From Toensbergia leucococca (lineage: Eukaryota), in contig JALDZS010000220.1 of NCBI GenBank assembly GCA_022813965.1, positions 1 to 36,220 of the forward strand: DNA of 36,220 bases. Reading direction: 5' to 3'. This document shows positions 1 through 11,889 of the stretch, one piece after another (within the stretch, counting starts at the first letter, position 1; each line of letters starts with the position of its first letter). The translations under genes were made by a program, and so were the position numbers. The notes under the pieces were generated by a model, which saw only the letters and a program-made list of their open reading frames with translations, ran no database searches and was not told the DNA's origin.

Positions 1-81
<81 letters not shown>
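1..81. repeat. Poly-C homopolymer (81 nt) at window edge
   Basis: Bases 1-81 are all C, followed by gaagtcc. May be truncated by the window edge or be an assembly artefact. Confidence 0.95.
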
Positions 82-82
<1 letters not shown>

Positions 83-148
83 AAGTCCAAAAAGACAATC
101 AATCAATCTCATCCCCACATCCTCCCCGGTGCCGTTGCCGGGAAAGTG

Positions 149-208
149 CTCATTCTCATTCTCATTCTCATTCTCATGATTATCATTATCATCATTATTA
201 TCATTGTT
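149..208. repeat. Compound microsatellite (CTCATT)4-5 followed by an imperfect (ATT/ATC)n tract
   Basis: ctcattctcattctcattctcattctcat at 149-177, then gattatcattatcatcattattatcattgtt. Confidence 0.85.
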
Positions 209-705
209 ATAGAGGGGGCTGATAGTTCTTGGGGGGGGTGGGTGGCAGACATGCGGGCAGGACGACGATTGGGGTGGACGATGTGATGCTTTTGGCGCGG
301 AGGAATGAGGGCTTGGAGGCTGTGTTGAGGGGGTGTTTGGACCGGGTTGTGGCGGCCAAGGCGAAGGATGGGGGGGGGGTGAGGAGGTAATTTTTTAATT
401 CTTTCTTTTTTTATTCTTTTTTTTGTGGGAGAGGGGGCGAGTGGGATTGTGCATCGGGTGGAAAGTTTTACGATGGGAAGGGAATATTGGTGAGGATAAT
501 TCTTTCTCAATAAGTTTTGTTTTTGAAGATGAGATATCCCTTGACTATGTACGTTTCTTCATTATTATATCCCTCAAACCGATGGATGACATTTCCATCT
601 CGGGGAACGCCTTCGCTAACAATGCTGATGGAAACCATACATATCATTCGAATATACATGAAAATCATAAGTCGTGCAAATAAGAAGGTTTGGAGTCAAC
701 CCGCA

Positions 706-2020
706 TTAGTAATTCGTCGATCGATCGTAGTGTTGATGGCCGTATCCTGCATTCCCGGCTGAGACTGGGTTGTATGCCGCTTCATTTCGAGGCTCAACAT
801 GAGGGATGCCATTGTTGTGTACGGGTGCATAAGGTTCAGGGGTGTGGCTGAGAACAGGTGGTCCGCGATATGGAACGTACGAACGGCTGCCGGTTTCTGA
901 GACAGGAGGACCACTACCTCTTTCGTCCGAATTGAGTTCGTAAGCCTCTGGATGAGATGGCTGAGCCTGGGAGTATCCCCCATTGTGTCCTGGAGCATTG
1001 GGTTCGGTGGCATATGGACTCTCAGAACCGCCATTTACAGCATCTGGACCTTGATGAGTAGCCGCGTATTGTGCAGCGTTCGAACCTTGATTACCATAGC
1101 TTGGGGATGTCATGCTTGAAATAGGTTCGTAGCCTGTCTGTACAGGCAAATCCGCGTTGGGGTATTCAGTCATGACTGGAGCTCTAGGTTCACCTGCGTA
1201 TTTATTGTTGGGCCCCCCATAACCTGCATCTGGAGCAGTCATGGTTGAATCGGTAACGGCGGTATCGTGCGACGGTCGAATGGTATTATTCTTCGTTTGG
1301 TAATTGTGGAGATCCTTTTCTGCAACAAGGCCTCCAGTGCCAACAGTACCAAGTTCGGTATCACGTTTGGTATTCTTATTGCGTCTCCAAAACGGACCCT
1401 TACTAGTGCCAGAAGTATAGTTATTGGAAGGGCCTGGGCCAAATCTCTTCTCTTTCTGATGATGCCTGCCGAGTACAAGCTGGAGCACTGCAGAGAGGAT
1501 AAATAAAACACTGTCAAGAAGTCAGTGAGGTCGATCTTATCACTGAGAAAGCGCCATCAACATACGCTGCGGCAATGGCAACAGCAAATACGGCCGTCTC
1601 GAGCTTGCAAGCACGACTGAGGTCTGGAGTGTAGGTACGGCGACTCAATGTACCAGTAGCAGCATTACCGGAACCCAGTGGGGTTGACACGAAGCCCGTG
1701 CAACTATGTGCGCCACCTCGGTTGAGGATGGCGATGGCAACGAAGCATCCAACAAAGCAGATATCGAGAAGGATGGCAAGAAAGGCGAAAAAAGTGATGC
1801 CTCCGAGAAAGCAGGTCAGAACAACGGCGAATGCTGTGTAAATCACGGCAGCTCCTGACATGCCCTCAACGGCCTTGATCCATGTGGCAATATGGAGATT
1901 ACTTTCGGCAAGGACAGCGAGGAAGTATGAGAAAATGCCAAGTATGAGGGCAGAGGCCAGGAATTGAATAGCTCGGACAGCTGTTGTGGAAAAGCGAAGA
2001 ACAGCGCCGGCGATAGCCAT
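706..2020 (-). CDS. MARVEL-like four-TM membrane protein with long low-complexity C-terminal tail (2 exons, ~419 aa)
   Basis: Exon 1 2020-1566, intron 1565-1511 (GTATGT...ACTGAC...CAG), exon 2 1510-706. Spliced frame is continuous (AVAIAAAVLFILSAVLQLVLGR). Starts MAIAGAVLRF..RAIQF..SALILGIFSY with four hydrophobic segments, as in fungal MARVEL proteins. Confidence 0.85.
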
Positions 2021-2773
2021 GATGTTCTAGCGACGAGGGAAAGTCCGGTAGCAAGTAATTTGTGAGAGTGACAGAAAGTGAGCTTGCGGAAGAGCAAGAA
2101 TATGTATCGAGGGAGAATGGTGGTGGTGGATGTGGATGTGGATATTGTTACATCACTGCAAGATGTTTACATACGTGTGACCAGGAATTTTGGATCGGCG
2201 TGCCCTGATTGTCGGCGACGCTAATGTAAGGTAAATCAATTTTGCGCAATTGATGATGTACGCTCGTACGGTAAATTCGAGGGTTATTCTAGTCGAGAAG
2301 TGCGAGAACAAATTTACATATTGCTATGATATACTATGATATACCACAATATGACTGATAAGCCTCTTTCCCCCTTGTAGTGTTCCAGGATTCTACCTGC
2401 CCAAGGAGCCAAGCACGCCAAGGTAGGCAAATAACAAAATACAATGCCCGCGGGAGTGAGGCTGGGGCTTTGTATTCTACCGTGGTAATTGTGGCAGTGC
2501 AATACACTCCTACCCAGTGGCTGAAGGTAGAGGGGCACGGCACTCAGCGGCGTACAACGCCACTTTGAAAAGAGCTTAATTATCTCCAGTAATGTTATTT
2601 TGTACATTGATCTGAGTGTTTTGATGAGTGTTTGGAATTTGATGTCAAACCTCTGCTAGATTAGGGTCATCGAATTCGGGCGAGAAATCGAGATAGTCAT
2701 GTTGTATGACCCGCTGTCAGTCCGTGTCAGGATGGACGAGTGTTGATATTTAATGATGTGACCTCTTGGCACA

Positions 2774-5727
2774 TCAAATCCAAATTCGTGCGGCTTCATT
2801 CGGCCTGCTTTCCTTGTTTGATGTCCTTGACATTTCACACATCTCGCACATCACCTTACTATATTGCCTTAGACCCTCTTCAGTACAAGTGGACTCATCA
2901 ATATCCAAATATCTGTTCCTGTACTTTAGCCTCACCCTGTCTTGCTTCTCAGCCTGCATCTTCTCCGCAGCTAATCGTCGAAGCTCTCCAATTTTGATCA
3001 TTCCGTCAACAATGGCGAAGCGGGGGAAGTGCAGAGGGAAATTTTGTCCATTGAACTCGAGAAACACTACATCGGGTTCGTTCGTTGCTAATGGTACAGA
3101 GAGAGTTCTTGCTAAAGTGGAGGCAGCCGGATCCTGTAATTGAGAAGCCTGCTCTGCTGAGTAAGGCGCAAGATCGAAAAGCTGATTGTTTGAATGTCGG
3201 ATGCTTTGAGTTTGCACTGCCAAGCTAATGATTCCTATCGTCAGGCTTTCTATTTGTAACTCCGCGACGCTGAAAGGTATCACTTACTTTGGACGATAGA
3301 GATACGAGGAGTAAAACCTCAAAATAAGATCGAATACGGCATTATCGAATATCTTGTGCCCATGTAGCTGCCTGTAAAGAGTCAAGCATGCAGCCTCTAT
3401 GATTTCGAGAGCTATGGTCAAGACTTCGTAGTAGGATCTCCTCAACCTTGTGAGGTCGTCCTTGAAGACCCAAAGTCTAGTACGGCCTAGCTCTAAGCGC
3501 AATTGAAGGAATTCTGATCTCGTCCGTGATATCCTACTATTCACTTTACTACCGCGTTCGTAGCCTCTATTCAGTACGTCCACAACTCGCGTTACCACAT
3601 ATTTCGTACGCTCAATTTGAGATTGAACGTTTGCTAGCTCAGGGAAATATCCATCGGCATTGCTGAGATGCTGCTCAGGCTTAGTCGCGAACGGAAGACT
3701 TATTTCATTAGAATTAGAGCCTGCAAGCACAGGGGGTTGCTCAGGTTGCTTATCCGTTGACTCCGTTTTCATAGGCTTTACATCTCCTTTCGCACTTTCC
3801 TGCGAGAGGGGACTTTCTTTCGATGTAGGTTGGGCTGGGAAAGGAGTGGCAAACGAATTCAAGTTCCTCCGCCCATTGATGGTGAAGTCATTAGATAGGT
3901 GCTTTGGATAGCCTACAGATTCCGGGGCGGAGATTGGTGGTTCTTCTCTTCTTCTTTTTCGAGATTGAATTAAATGTGCTAGCGTGGCCGCAGGTGGAAA
4001 CTGGACTCGAGCCCCTAGTGAGTTGTGAATGTCCTCCAGGATTGATTTGATAGGCAGCATGTATGCCCATGGGAAGACATCTCCTCCGGCTATGATCAAC
4101 CCGCACAGCTTCCTATTGCGCGTAGCCCATGCCCCAGAATCTCCAACCTCTGGGTAATGTCAGCCGACATGAAACAGTGCCTACTCCAGACCGAGTCCTA
4201 CTTACCAAGGGGTTTTGACAGGGTAATTTGGCGAACATTGAATAATTGTGTGTCCACTATGAGGCTAGATGTACATTTGTTGATTGTGCCAGTCAGAGCT
4301 CCGCTTCTTCCACCAAAGACCTCCACCTGTGTCACGTCCATATGGCTAACGGTAGCGATAGAGGATTCAATGCTGTCATCTTGGGCTAAATTTTCTTCCT
4401 CGAGTCCATCAATGAAGGTAGAATTATAGAAACATTGATCTATCAACTTGTGGAGTGCGGAAAAAGTTCTATTAATAGCTATGAGAGCCTAGTCTGAGTT
4501 TGGCAATTCGCTCACAGTACTTTTGCGTAGCGACATGAAACTGCCATACTTGGGCTTATATCGACCGTCAGCCCATGCTATAGCATCAATTGTGCCTAAG
4601 CGCTGATATATCTGATTGTCACGATTTGAGACTTCTGTGTCCTGAGGTATGTCTTGAGCCGCTTTTGATTTCTTGTCAGACTTCTCCATTGGATCGACAG
4701 CAACATCATGCGCACTCCCGATCTTGCTATCCCCATCAGATATGGCGTAATCCGTAGAGGCCAAAGCATCATGTTCCCTGCCCTCATGTGCATCCTTGAA
4801 GCCTTCGATTGTCACGTCGGTCCGAAACTTGTGCGCAAATGCATGCCCGATGGTAAGCCCGTAAAGACGTTCATTGACAACCACAAAGCCCCCTAAGGTG
4901 GCGACTGCGGATGTTAGCGTGGAGTCTCCAGCCACTCTAATCGGAATTCCACTCGGATGGTGCACTGCTTTCTCCGATATGCGACCTTCAATTAAGACAT
5001 TTGTGTTCGTAATGGAAAGTAAACTTTTGAGTCCAAAGTTCGGGTCAATGAGAATTTCAAGTTTGATATTGGCATTTGCTAGATCTTTGTATATCCTTGA
5101 TGACTTGAGGTGCCGTCGAATGGTTTTCTCCTCATCTAACGATGTGGTCAGAAGTGTCACTGTAGGTTCTAGTTGGTCGTGTCTTCGGCCAGCGGTAAAA
5201 AGATCTGTAGCTAGATAATTAAGATTCAATCGCCGTAGATCGGAGTCGAGTCGAGGTTTGAATTCTACTTCCCATCTGATCTTAGCGTCAGCTCGCATGG
5301 GCGCAGTTGTAGAGATATACAGTACACCATTCTGATGTACGAATTCTGTTATTTCAGACAAGACCGGACTCTGGGTGGGAACGGCGGAAGGAATAGGACT
5401 CGTCAGAAGGGGTTGCGATCCCAAGTTGGAGAGTGGAATCTGCTCTCTAGGTAGTGGTGACTCATGGCGCGCTGGCTTGGAAATGAAAGAATGAGCAAAG
5501 CCGTTTTTACGAAGTTTTGTCGGCACATGAAAGACTTGGTTCTTGGCATTTATCAGAGTCGTAATGATGGTCGAACGCTCTCGACTCCAAGCAGATAATG
5601 AGGCTGATGGAGATTCGGGGACGGCAGAGAATTGAAGGATGCTTGGTTCAGCTGGAACTCCAGACTCGACGGTTCTTGAGGTTTCTGTCGCTGACATCCT
5701 ATAACTTTGAATTGACGCCATATACAT
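2774..5727 (-). pseudogene. Trypsin-like serine protease-domain protein with C-terminal ubiquitin-like domain; in-frame TAG at 4489-4491 (3 exons, ~944 codons)
   Basis: Exons 5727-4206, 4149-3288, 3224-2774; introns 4205-4150 (GTAAGT..GCTGAC..CAG) and 3287-3225 (GTAAGT..CTGAC..TAG). Catalytic-type motifs appear in order: TLGGFV..YGLTIGH (His 4843-4845), SD*ALI (normally DWALI), VGDSGAW (4133-4144), LCGLIIAG. The last exon reads PDVVFLEFNGQNFPLHFP..IGELRRLAA..RVRLKYRNRYL..EEGLRQYSKVMC. Confidence 0.75.
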
Positions 5728-6032
5728 TCGTTCTAATATTACAAGAGCTCGAGACGAAGACTAACTAGCTTCGTGTACTGCACGCTTTTGAAGGACCAGC
5801 CTGAGCCACCAAGGCACCAAGGCTGGCACGGCTGGCCATGAGATTGAGAATTAGCTGCGACGCCTTGGCACCGCGCATCCCCGTGGTATAAATTGTATTA
5901 TCTGGTAGATTTAAATATCCTACCGCGTACCAGCACTTTAGCTTCACATAATTGCTCCTCCGCGTTGAACTTTCCTCAGACTGGCGAAATTTCTCGATTT
6001 TAGTTATAGCAATAGAGTAGGTGATTTTGGAG

Positions 6033-7184
6033 ATGGTGCCTTTACAACTTCGCGAGCCTCTCGTCTAGATGAAGAACTAGAAGTCGTCGAGTGTTTCTGG
6101 AGAGACGATCCTTCGCGGGAAAACCTAGTCCGTTATAAGACTTACTTGACATATTACAGGAATGAGATGAAGGGTCTCTTTTTCGGCTTCTTCGAGCACT
6201 CTCACATACTGCCCAAGATGGCTGCCCAGTCCCACGCCGACATTCGGAAGATTGTGGGAATTCTTTCCCTCCATCGCCACTCGGATCTACGTACCGTATG
6301 CTCAGCCGTCCACGTTGTTTTCCCAGATCATAACGATGAGGCTATCAGAACCTCCATCGATCTAGCTATGAGGCTGTGGCTGACCCTCAACACTCGAGAA
6401 AAATCCCTATCCCTGACGGCTGGCAAGACTCCAATCATAAGGTGGGAGCACGACTCCTCCACCATGGTGAATTTTGTGCGTCGTCAATTCCCTTCAGCGT
6501 CGGCCTTCATCACAGGCGCCGAAGCCTTGTTAGATCCGTACTTTTCTGCTTATAATCTGACTCGAAATTGCCAAGTCACCATCGAATGGACATGTTCCCT
6601 AGCAGACCACCTAAGTCTGGACCTCAAAACGCGACGCTTACGCATATACCCGTTGAAAATCTGCCTATACGATCATGGCAATGCATCAGGGACTTCCCTC
6701 TCAGCTACGGCTCTTACTGGGTACTATCATCACCACGTCATCTGTCTAGTTAGCCATTGTACTGAAAACACTCAGGCCAATCATTTCGAGAAGCCTCATA
6801 CAAGAAACGATCTGGTCACTCGAGTTGCTTTTTCCTTCAGATGACAAAGATACCGATGATTTCTTGGTCCGCAGTGGAAAGACGTTTCACAACGATCCCC
6901 CTTTCGATGATCTACGGAGGCCTCTAGACCTTAATGAATACCATCATTGGCGCGGGCGACTTTCGAACCTGCGCATGATATATAATGCTGAACCAAGGAG
7001 CTTACGGCACGCACTTACTGACCGACGAAGTACCTTGCAACTGTACACTCTCTGGACAGCCGTGATCATCTTCTGCTTGACTGTCTTTTTCGGGGTGATA
7101 TCTGCTGTTACAGCCATCATACAGACGAGAACAGCTCTTCGCAGCCTCGATGTTGCAATCGAATCATTGCGCCTTCAACAATAG
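6033..7184 (+). CDS. Conserved fungal hypothetical protein with C-terminal transmembrane segment; 5' end uncertain or frameshifted
   Basis: ORFs 6146-6844 and 6825-7184 join through intron 6721-6775 (GTACTA..TACTGAA..CAG), giving ..TGPIISRSLIQETIWSLELLFP. Motifs IEWTCSLADHL and EYHHWRGRL, and the hydrophobic LYTLWTAVIIFCLTVFFGVISAVTAIIQT. The nearest upstream ATG (6033) is out of frame with the main ORF. Confidence 0.7.
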
Positions 7185-7591
7185 AATCAGGTATGACGCG
7201 ATATTCCAGAAGGAATCACTGAGCCAACATTCATCAAAGACGGCGCATAGATGCGAGAGGTAAGGTAAATAATCTGAAAGTGGAGAAGTTGCACAGACAG
7301 ACGTGAATGAAATGAAAGTAAGACGAATTTGACATTATCAGTGTCGTCTTACCACGTTGATTTTCATGGTAGGTAAGTTGCCGCTGGCAGTCATGACATA
7401 CTTCAATGCGCACAAGTGCACTAGCCCAGAGGGTGTCCAGCAACTCGACCGCCGCGCTGCGGACAATATCGTAATCGACGACAAATCAAGCCTAGATGTT
7501 GAAGTCCTCTCCACAAGCAGTGCAATTAGCACACTGCTGCAGACTCAATATCGAACCTCGCTGTTCACGAGTAGAGTCTCTGATCGTCTTT

Positions 7592-7617
7592 GAAGTCAAG
7601 ACACAAGTCTTGACTTC
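7592..7617. repeat. Perfect 11-bp inverted repeat with 4-nt loop
   Basis: gaagtcaagac (7592-7602) acaa gtcttgacttc (7607-7617). Confidence 0.85.
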
Positions 7618-8722
7618 CTTTAGATTAGAGAATACAAAGCACGATTCTAAAGGCCGACCCACTTCTACCATTCCCTAAATATCGCCCCCAGCAACAGTCA
7701 CAACCTCCACTATGAATAACAAGAGGCAAAATACCGCCTGCTTCAGCTTTTAGCGTCATTATAAAGGTACGTAGACAATAATAAAGCTACGCGTTAGATA
7801 CTCCCCAACATCCAAATCCATCAAAGAATTCCATGGTGTAAAAACCGCGTAACTCTCACAATCTAATATTTAGAGCAGTTGAATTTGTGCCTCCCCATAC
7901 GAAGAACACCCCTCTGAGGTTAATGCTGAGGGGTCACATCATTTGAGAGTACTGAAAGAGCCTGAGTCAATGGGTTCACGATCCATATAAATACGGATTG
8001 TACATACACACAGGAAGACAAGTTCTTCTTCAATCGATACACTGTAAAGGTGGGATGTCCGGAGCTCAATACACCTGCTATTATCATAGTGGCCAAGTGA
8101 TGATCTTGAAATTCGCAGAGAACGTAGAAAGAAGGGATTGTCTACCTAATTATATCAACTTCAAGATCGACCTTACTGTCGATTTTACATCCACGCTAGA
8201 ACCTGCCTCGAGTAAATATCAAAACCGCATCATTGAAGAGATGAAAAGTGATACATACTCTTTTAGTCTTCATTTCTTTACTATGAGATTATTCTACAAT
8301 CAAGCTTTTGCGACCCTTTGTCCGAATGGAATGTTTCTTCAAGTATTTTGAATTACTTCACTGAAACCTCCGGTATCATGCGCCTAACTATCCCCCCACC
8401 CGCCTCACCTCTTCCCCACCCCCCCCCACAAAAACTCCCCTTTTAACACACGTAATTCACAAAGGCCGAGCAAACTCTTTTCTAATCTACAAAAAAGGGG
8501 AAATTTTGGAAAAGTGAGGGGGTGAGGGGAAGAATGAGTCCTCTCCTTATCCCAAAGAATGGAAAACATCTCAATATTTTTGTTTGTTTCAGGAGATAGA
8601 CATCTATATATTTTTATTCCAAAAAAATGGGGACTTTTTTACGGTGCACAGTAACCCACACAAAGTAATATTCATCACCCTCGTTCGAAACCATTAAAAT
8701 TTACCCACCGTTTACTCAACAC

Positions 8723-10030
8723 CTACTTCCTATCCGGAAAGGCCTTCTCGAAATTCGTCAGAGTAAAGCGATATCTCACGTCATTAGTTTTGACCCTCTC
8801 AACCGCCTCCTTGCAGCCCGCCTCGCTGATATCCAGCGTCTGCACATACGGCTTAATCTCCTTCTCAGATGCCAACTTCAACATAGCCAGCATCTCGGGA
8901 CGATTCCCGATATGGCTTCCACCCATCTTGCAGCCATTGGGTGCGAAATCCTGCGCCATCATCTGGGGCAGTGGTTCATCCGGTAGACCCACGTTGTGGA
9001 ATTCGCCATTGATGGCTAGGGTGCTCATGTACTCTTGGATGTTGAATGTGTTGGTCATATCAGCGGAGTTGAGCATGAAGTCGAAGGTGAAAGCCCATGG
9101 TTTGGCCCAGTCTTTGTCCTTGGTGCAGATGAAGTGTTTTGCGCCGAGGGCGAGGGCGTCTTTTTCTTTGTTGGGGCTGTGGGAGACGGCGTAGACTTCG
9201 GCGCCCAGGGCGGAGGCCCAGAGGAGTGCAAAGTGGCCGAGACCTCCGCTGGTGGAGAGTGAGTTAGGATTTTGCATGGGGATTGGTAAGGGGATACGTA
9301 CATGCCGACTATAGCTACCTTCTTGCCTGGGCCGACGTGGGCGCGGACTAGGGGACTCCAGACTGTGAGGCCTGCACACTGTATGCTTGTCAATACAAGA
9401 TACCTTCTATCTCGGAAATATCAATGGCACCCTTACCATCATAGGAGCCGCGTCCTCGGAGGAAATGTTCTTAGGGATGGGGAAAGTAAAGTACTCGTGT
9501 GCTCGTATATGGCTAGAATATCCGCCCTGTGCAATCGTACCATCGGGATAAGGGGCACCATATGTGTCTGAACCAGTCAATGGGGAGCAGCAGCACTGAG
9601 ATGTCAAAGTAACGTACCGACTTTATGAGGGCAATAATTCTCATTGTCAGACTTGCAGATCTTGCACTCCAAGCAAGCAGCAATCTGAGCACCGACACCA
9701 ACACGGTCCCCAACCTTAACTGTCGTCACTTTGTCGCCCACCTTGACTGCCTTGCCAATGACCTCGTGACCGACACAGAGGGGAAGAGGGACATCTCCCC
9801 AGCCTCCGGTTATGCTGTGGACATCACTGCCGCAAACACCACAGCAGTCGATCTTGATATCGATGTCACGATCTTCGAATGGCTTGGGTTTGAACTTGAA
9901 CGGACATGTCAATATGTTTGCTGTCCTGAGCCTAAGCATACTCGTAGTGTCTTACTTCTTGCTTCTTAAATTCGCTCCACTTTTCGGTGGAGTTGACCAT
10001 GAAACCCTCGAATTGGTCTGGGTAGCCCAT
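8723..10030 (-). CDS. ADH6: NADP-dependent zinc alcohol dehydrogenase, ADH6/ADH7 (cinnamyl alcohol dehydrogenase)-like, 5 exons
   Basis: Exons 10030-9956, 9894-9618, 9567-9437, 9378-9302, 9248-8723 with GT..AG introns. Motifs CGVCGSDVH, GHEVIG, CLECKIC..ENYC, APMMCAGLT, VGIGGLGH and C-terminal DVRYRFTL. The symbol denotes homology, not proven orthology. Confidence 0.93.
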
Positions 10031-10656
10031 CTTTGCGTTGTGAAGTGAATAAATAAATTAATAGTCTCTTATGAGAAGTACAATGGAAAACTGCTTGAAG
10101 AAAAATTTCTGCATGATTCGCGGAGGGAAAGGTAGGTACTCGTAGTAAATGGATTGAAAGTAGTGACGTAAGAAATGATTGACGTAGCCAGCAGTTGTGC
10201 TTCAGTCTCACGCACGAATGACAGACATGAGCAGTCGATGACGATAGAAGACAGAACTATAGGTAGATAGGAGAAAGAAATCCCAATGTTAAGACATCTT
10301 TCAGCGTGAAGAAGAAGAGACAAGATTCGAAAGGCAGGGCAAAAATATCATCGAGAGACTACATCACCCTCTACAAGGAAATAGATCTGCGTCTACAACT
10401 CAAAATCTGGGCCAGCGCACTCAGAGTTATCCTCTCACCCTCTGCCTAAGGAAGGTCACAGTCACAGTCATGGTACTAACCAGGTGCCAGGTCAGGTAGA
10501 ATAATAATTAGAGTAGGTAGACGTCAGATAGCTTAGCGAGGGACGAGGAGAGTACCTTACGAGCTTACCTATTCGACCAGACGATCACTTGCATTCTTTC
10601 CCTCGTCGTGCACCTCAAGCACGAAATTGGAACCTTCGATATGTCGTCGCAGCATT

Positions 10657-10680
10657 GAATCACAATCACAATCACAATCA
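10657..10680. repeat. (AATCAC)4 hexanucleotide microsatellite
   Basis: gaatcacaatcacaatcacaatca upstream of the 10807 gene. Confidence 0.75.
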
Positions 10681-10806
10681 GACTCTTCAACATGCCGTCT
10701 CTCAACTCGCAACCGCCTTTTCTCCAGTCCTACCATCACCTTTATTCGGGGTAGGAAAGGAATTCAAAAGTCCAATACTCATCGCTTTTACTGCCAAACT
10801 ACAGCC

Positions 10807-11328
10807 ATGTCTCCCTCCCGAGGTCCTCCAACTCAGAGTACTCTTTCTTCCTCTCCCACATCCACTACTGCCACCGCAGACCAGAAATCCGATAAAGCAA
10901 TCAACTCCTACAAAACGTCACTCAATTATCTTATTTCACCCTCTTCTCCTGCCCGACCTGCCCGCCTACGTACCCGTGCTTTCCTCCGAGCCGTTCGCTT
11001 TATAGGCATTTTCGTTTTCTGGCGCCTAGTGCGCTACGCAAAATACTTAGCTATCGGATCGTTGGTTACCGCTGTCGGAGCTACGGCTCTAGGATCTGTG
11101 GTCAGCGGCGCTGCCGTGGTTGTGGCTCCAACTGGAATACTGGCGAGTGCTGGGGTTGGGCTGCTGTGGGGCGTAGGTAGGTGGGGTTTTAGGAGGGTGA
11201 TTAGAAACAGTGAGGCGCGTAGGAAAAATAGAAGTGGGGATGTGAGTGAAACAGACGGAAAGGAGCAAATGGAGATGGAAGATAGGAGAGTTCTTGTTGG
11301 AGATGGGCCGGATGGCTTTCTGATGTGA
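10807..11328 (+). CDS. Small fungal hypothetical membrane protein (~173 aa)
   Basis: ATG at 10807 within ORF 10627-11328. RLRTRAFLRAVRFIGIFVFWRLVRYAKY is followed by Gly/Ala-rich hydrophobic segments and LLWGVGRWGFRR. Confidence 0.7.
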   Translation: MSPSRGPPTQSTLSSSPTSTTATADQKSDKAINSYKTSLNYLISPSSPARPARLRTRAFLRAVRFIGIFVFWRLVRYAKYLAIGSLVTAVGATALGSVVSGAAVVVAPTGILASAGVGLLWGVGRWGFRRVIRNSEARRKNRSGDVSETDGKEQMEMEDRRVLVGDGPDGFLM

Positions 11329-11889
11329 TCCGAGACGAATCATTATGATGGAGATGGAGAGATGAGTGGCTTCATGACTGGGTTGGTGTCTTGTTCTTAG
11401 AGACTGCATGACACACACCTGCTAAGTCTTCAGTATAAAGACTTCACGTGAAGGTCAACAGGCGATTGTGCAAGCTATCTCGAGGACTATCAAGCTGTGT
11501 AAGGCATGGTACTCGTAGTCTCTTGACAAGACGCGGTAAACAAAGCAAAGAGACTTCTTGGTAGTAAGCGCTGGCCCCAATTAAATTCAAACTTTTGCAA
11601 AGTCATGACTCTTAAAATGCCGTTTGGCAAGAACGCAAGGAACTAGTTTGCTATTGGGAACCAATCTTGGACCATCGAGGCGTCGAGGCGTCGGAGAGAA
11701 AGGCAAGTCTCGGCGAACCTTACGATTCTCATCTTCCCCACATTCACACCTGGACACCAACTACCGGCAATGAGGAAATATTCATCTTCAATAGCATACA
11801 GGTTTATAAGGGACAGAACAAGTCCATAGATATGTCTTCACATCGAGAGTGTTGCAACCTACAAACTCTAAAAACGATACTCGACCACC

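Noticed and set aside
1..81. Telomere
   Set aside because: Pure C with no CCCTAA-type repeat units.
109..762. ORFs 109-510, 423-683 and 517-762
   Set aside because: Translations of microsatellite and low-complexity 3' flank with no recognisable motifs.
7998..8640. ORF 7998-8351 and the homopolymer-rich tract 8390-8640
   Set aside because: No motif in the ORF; the tract looks like ordinary low-complexity sequence downstream of the ADH gene.
8790..10048. Plus-strand ORFs over the ADH gene (and similar antisense ORFs over other genes)
   Set aside because: Antisense shadows of well-supported genes.
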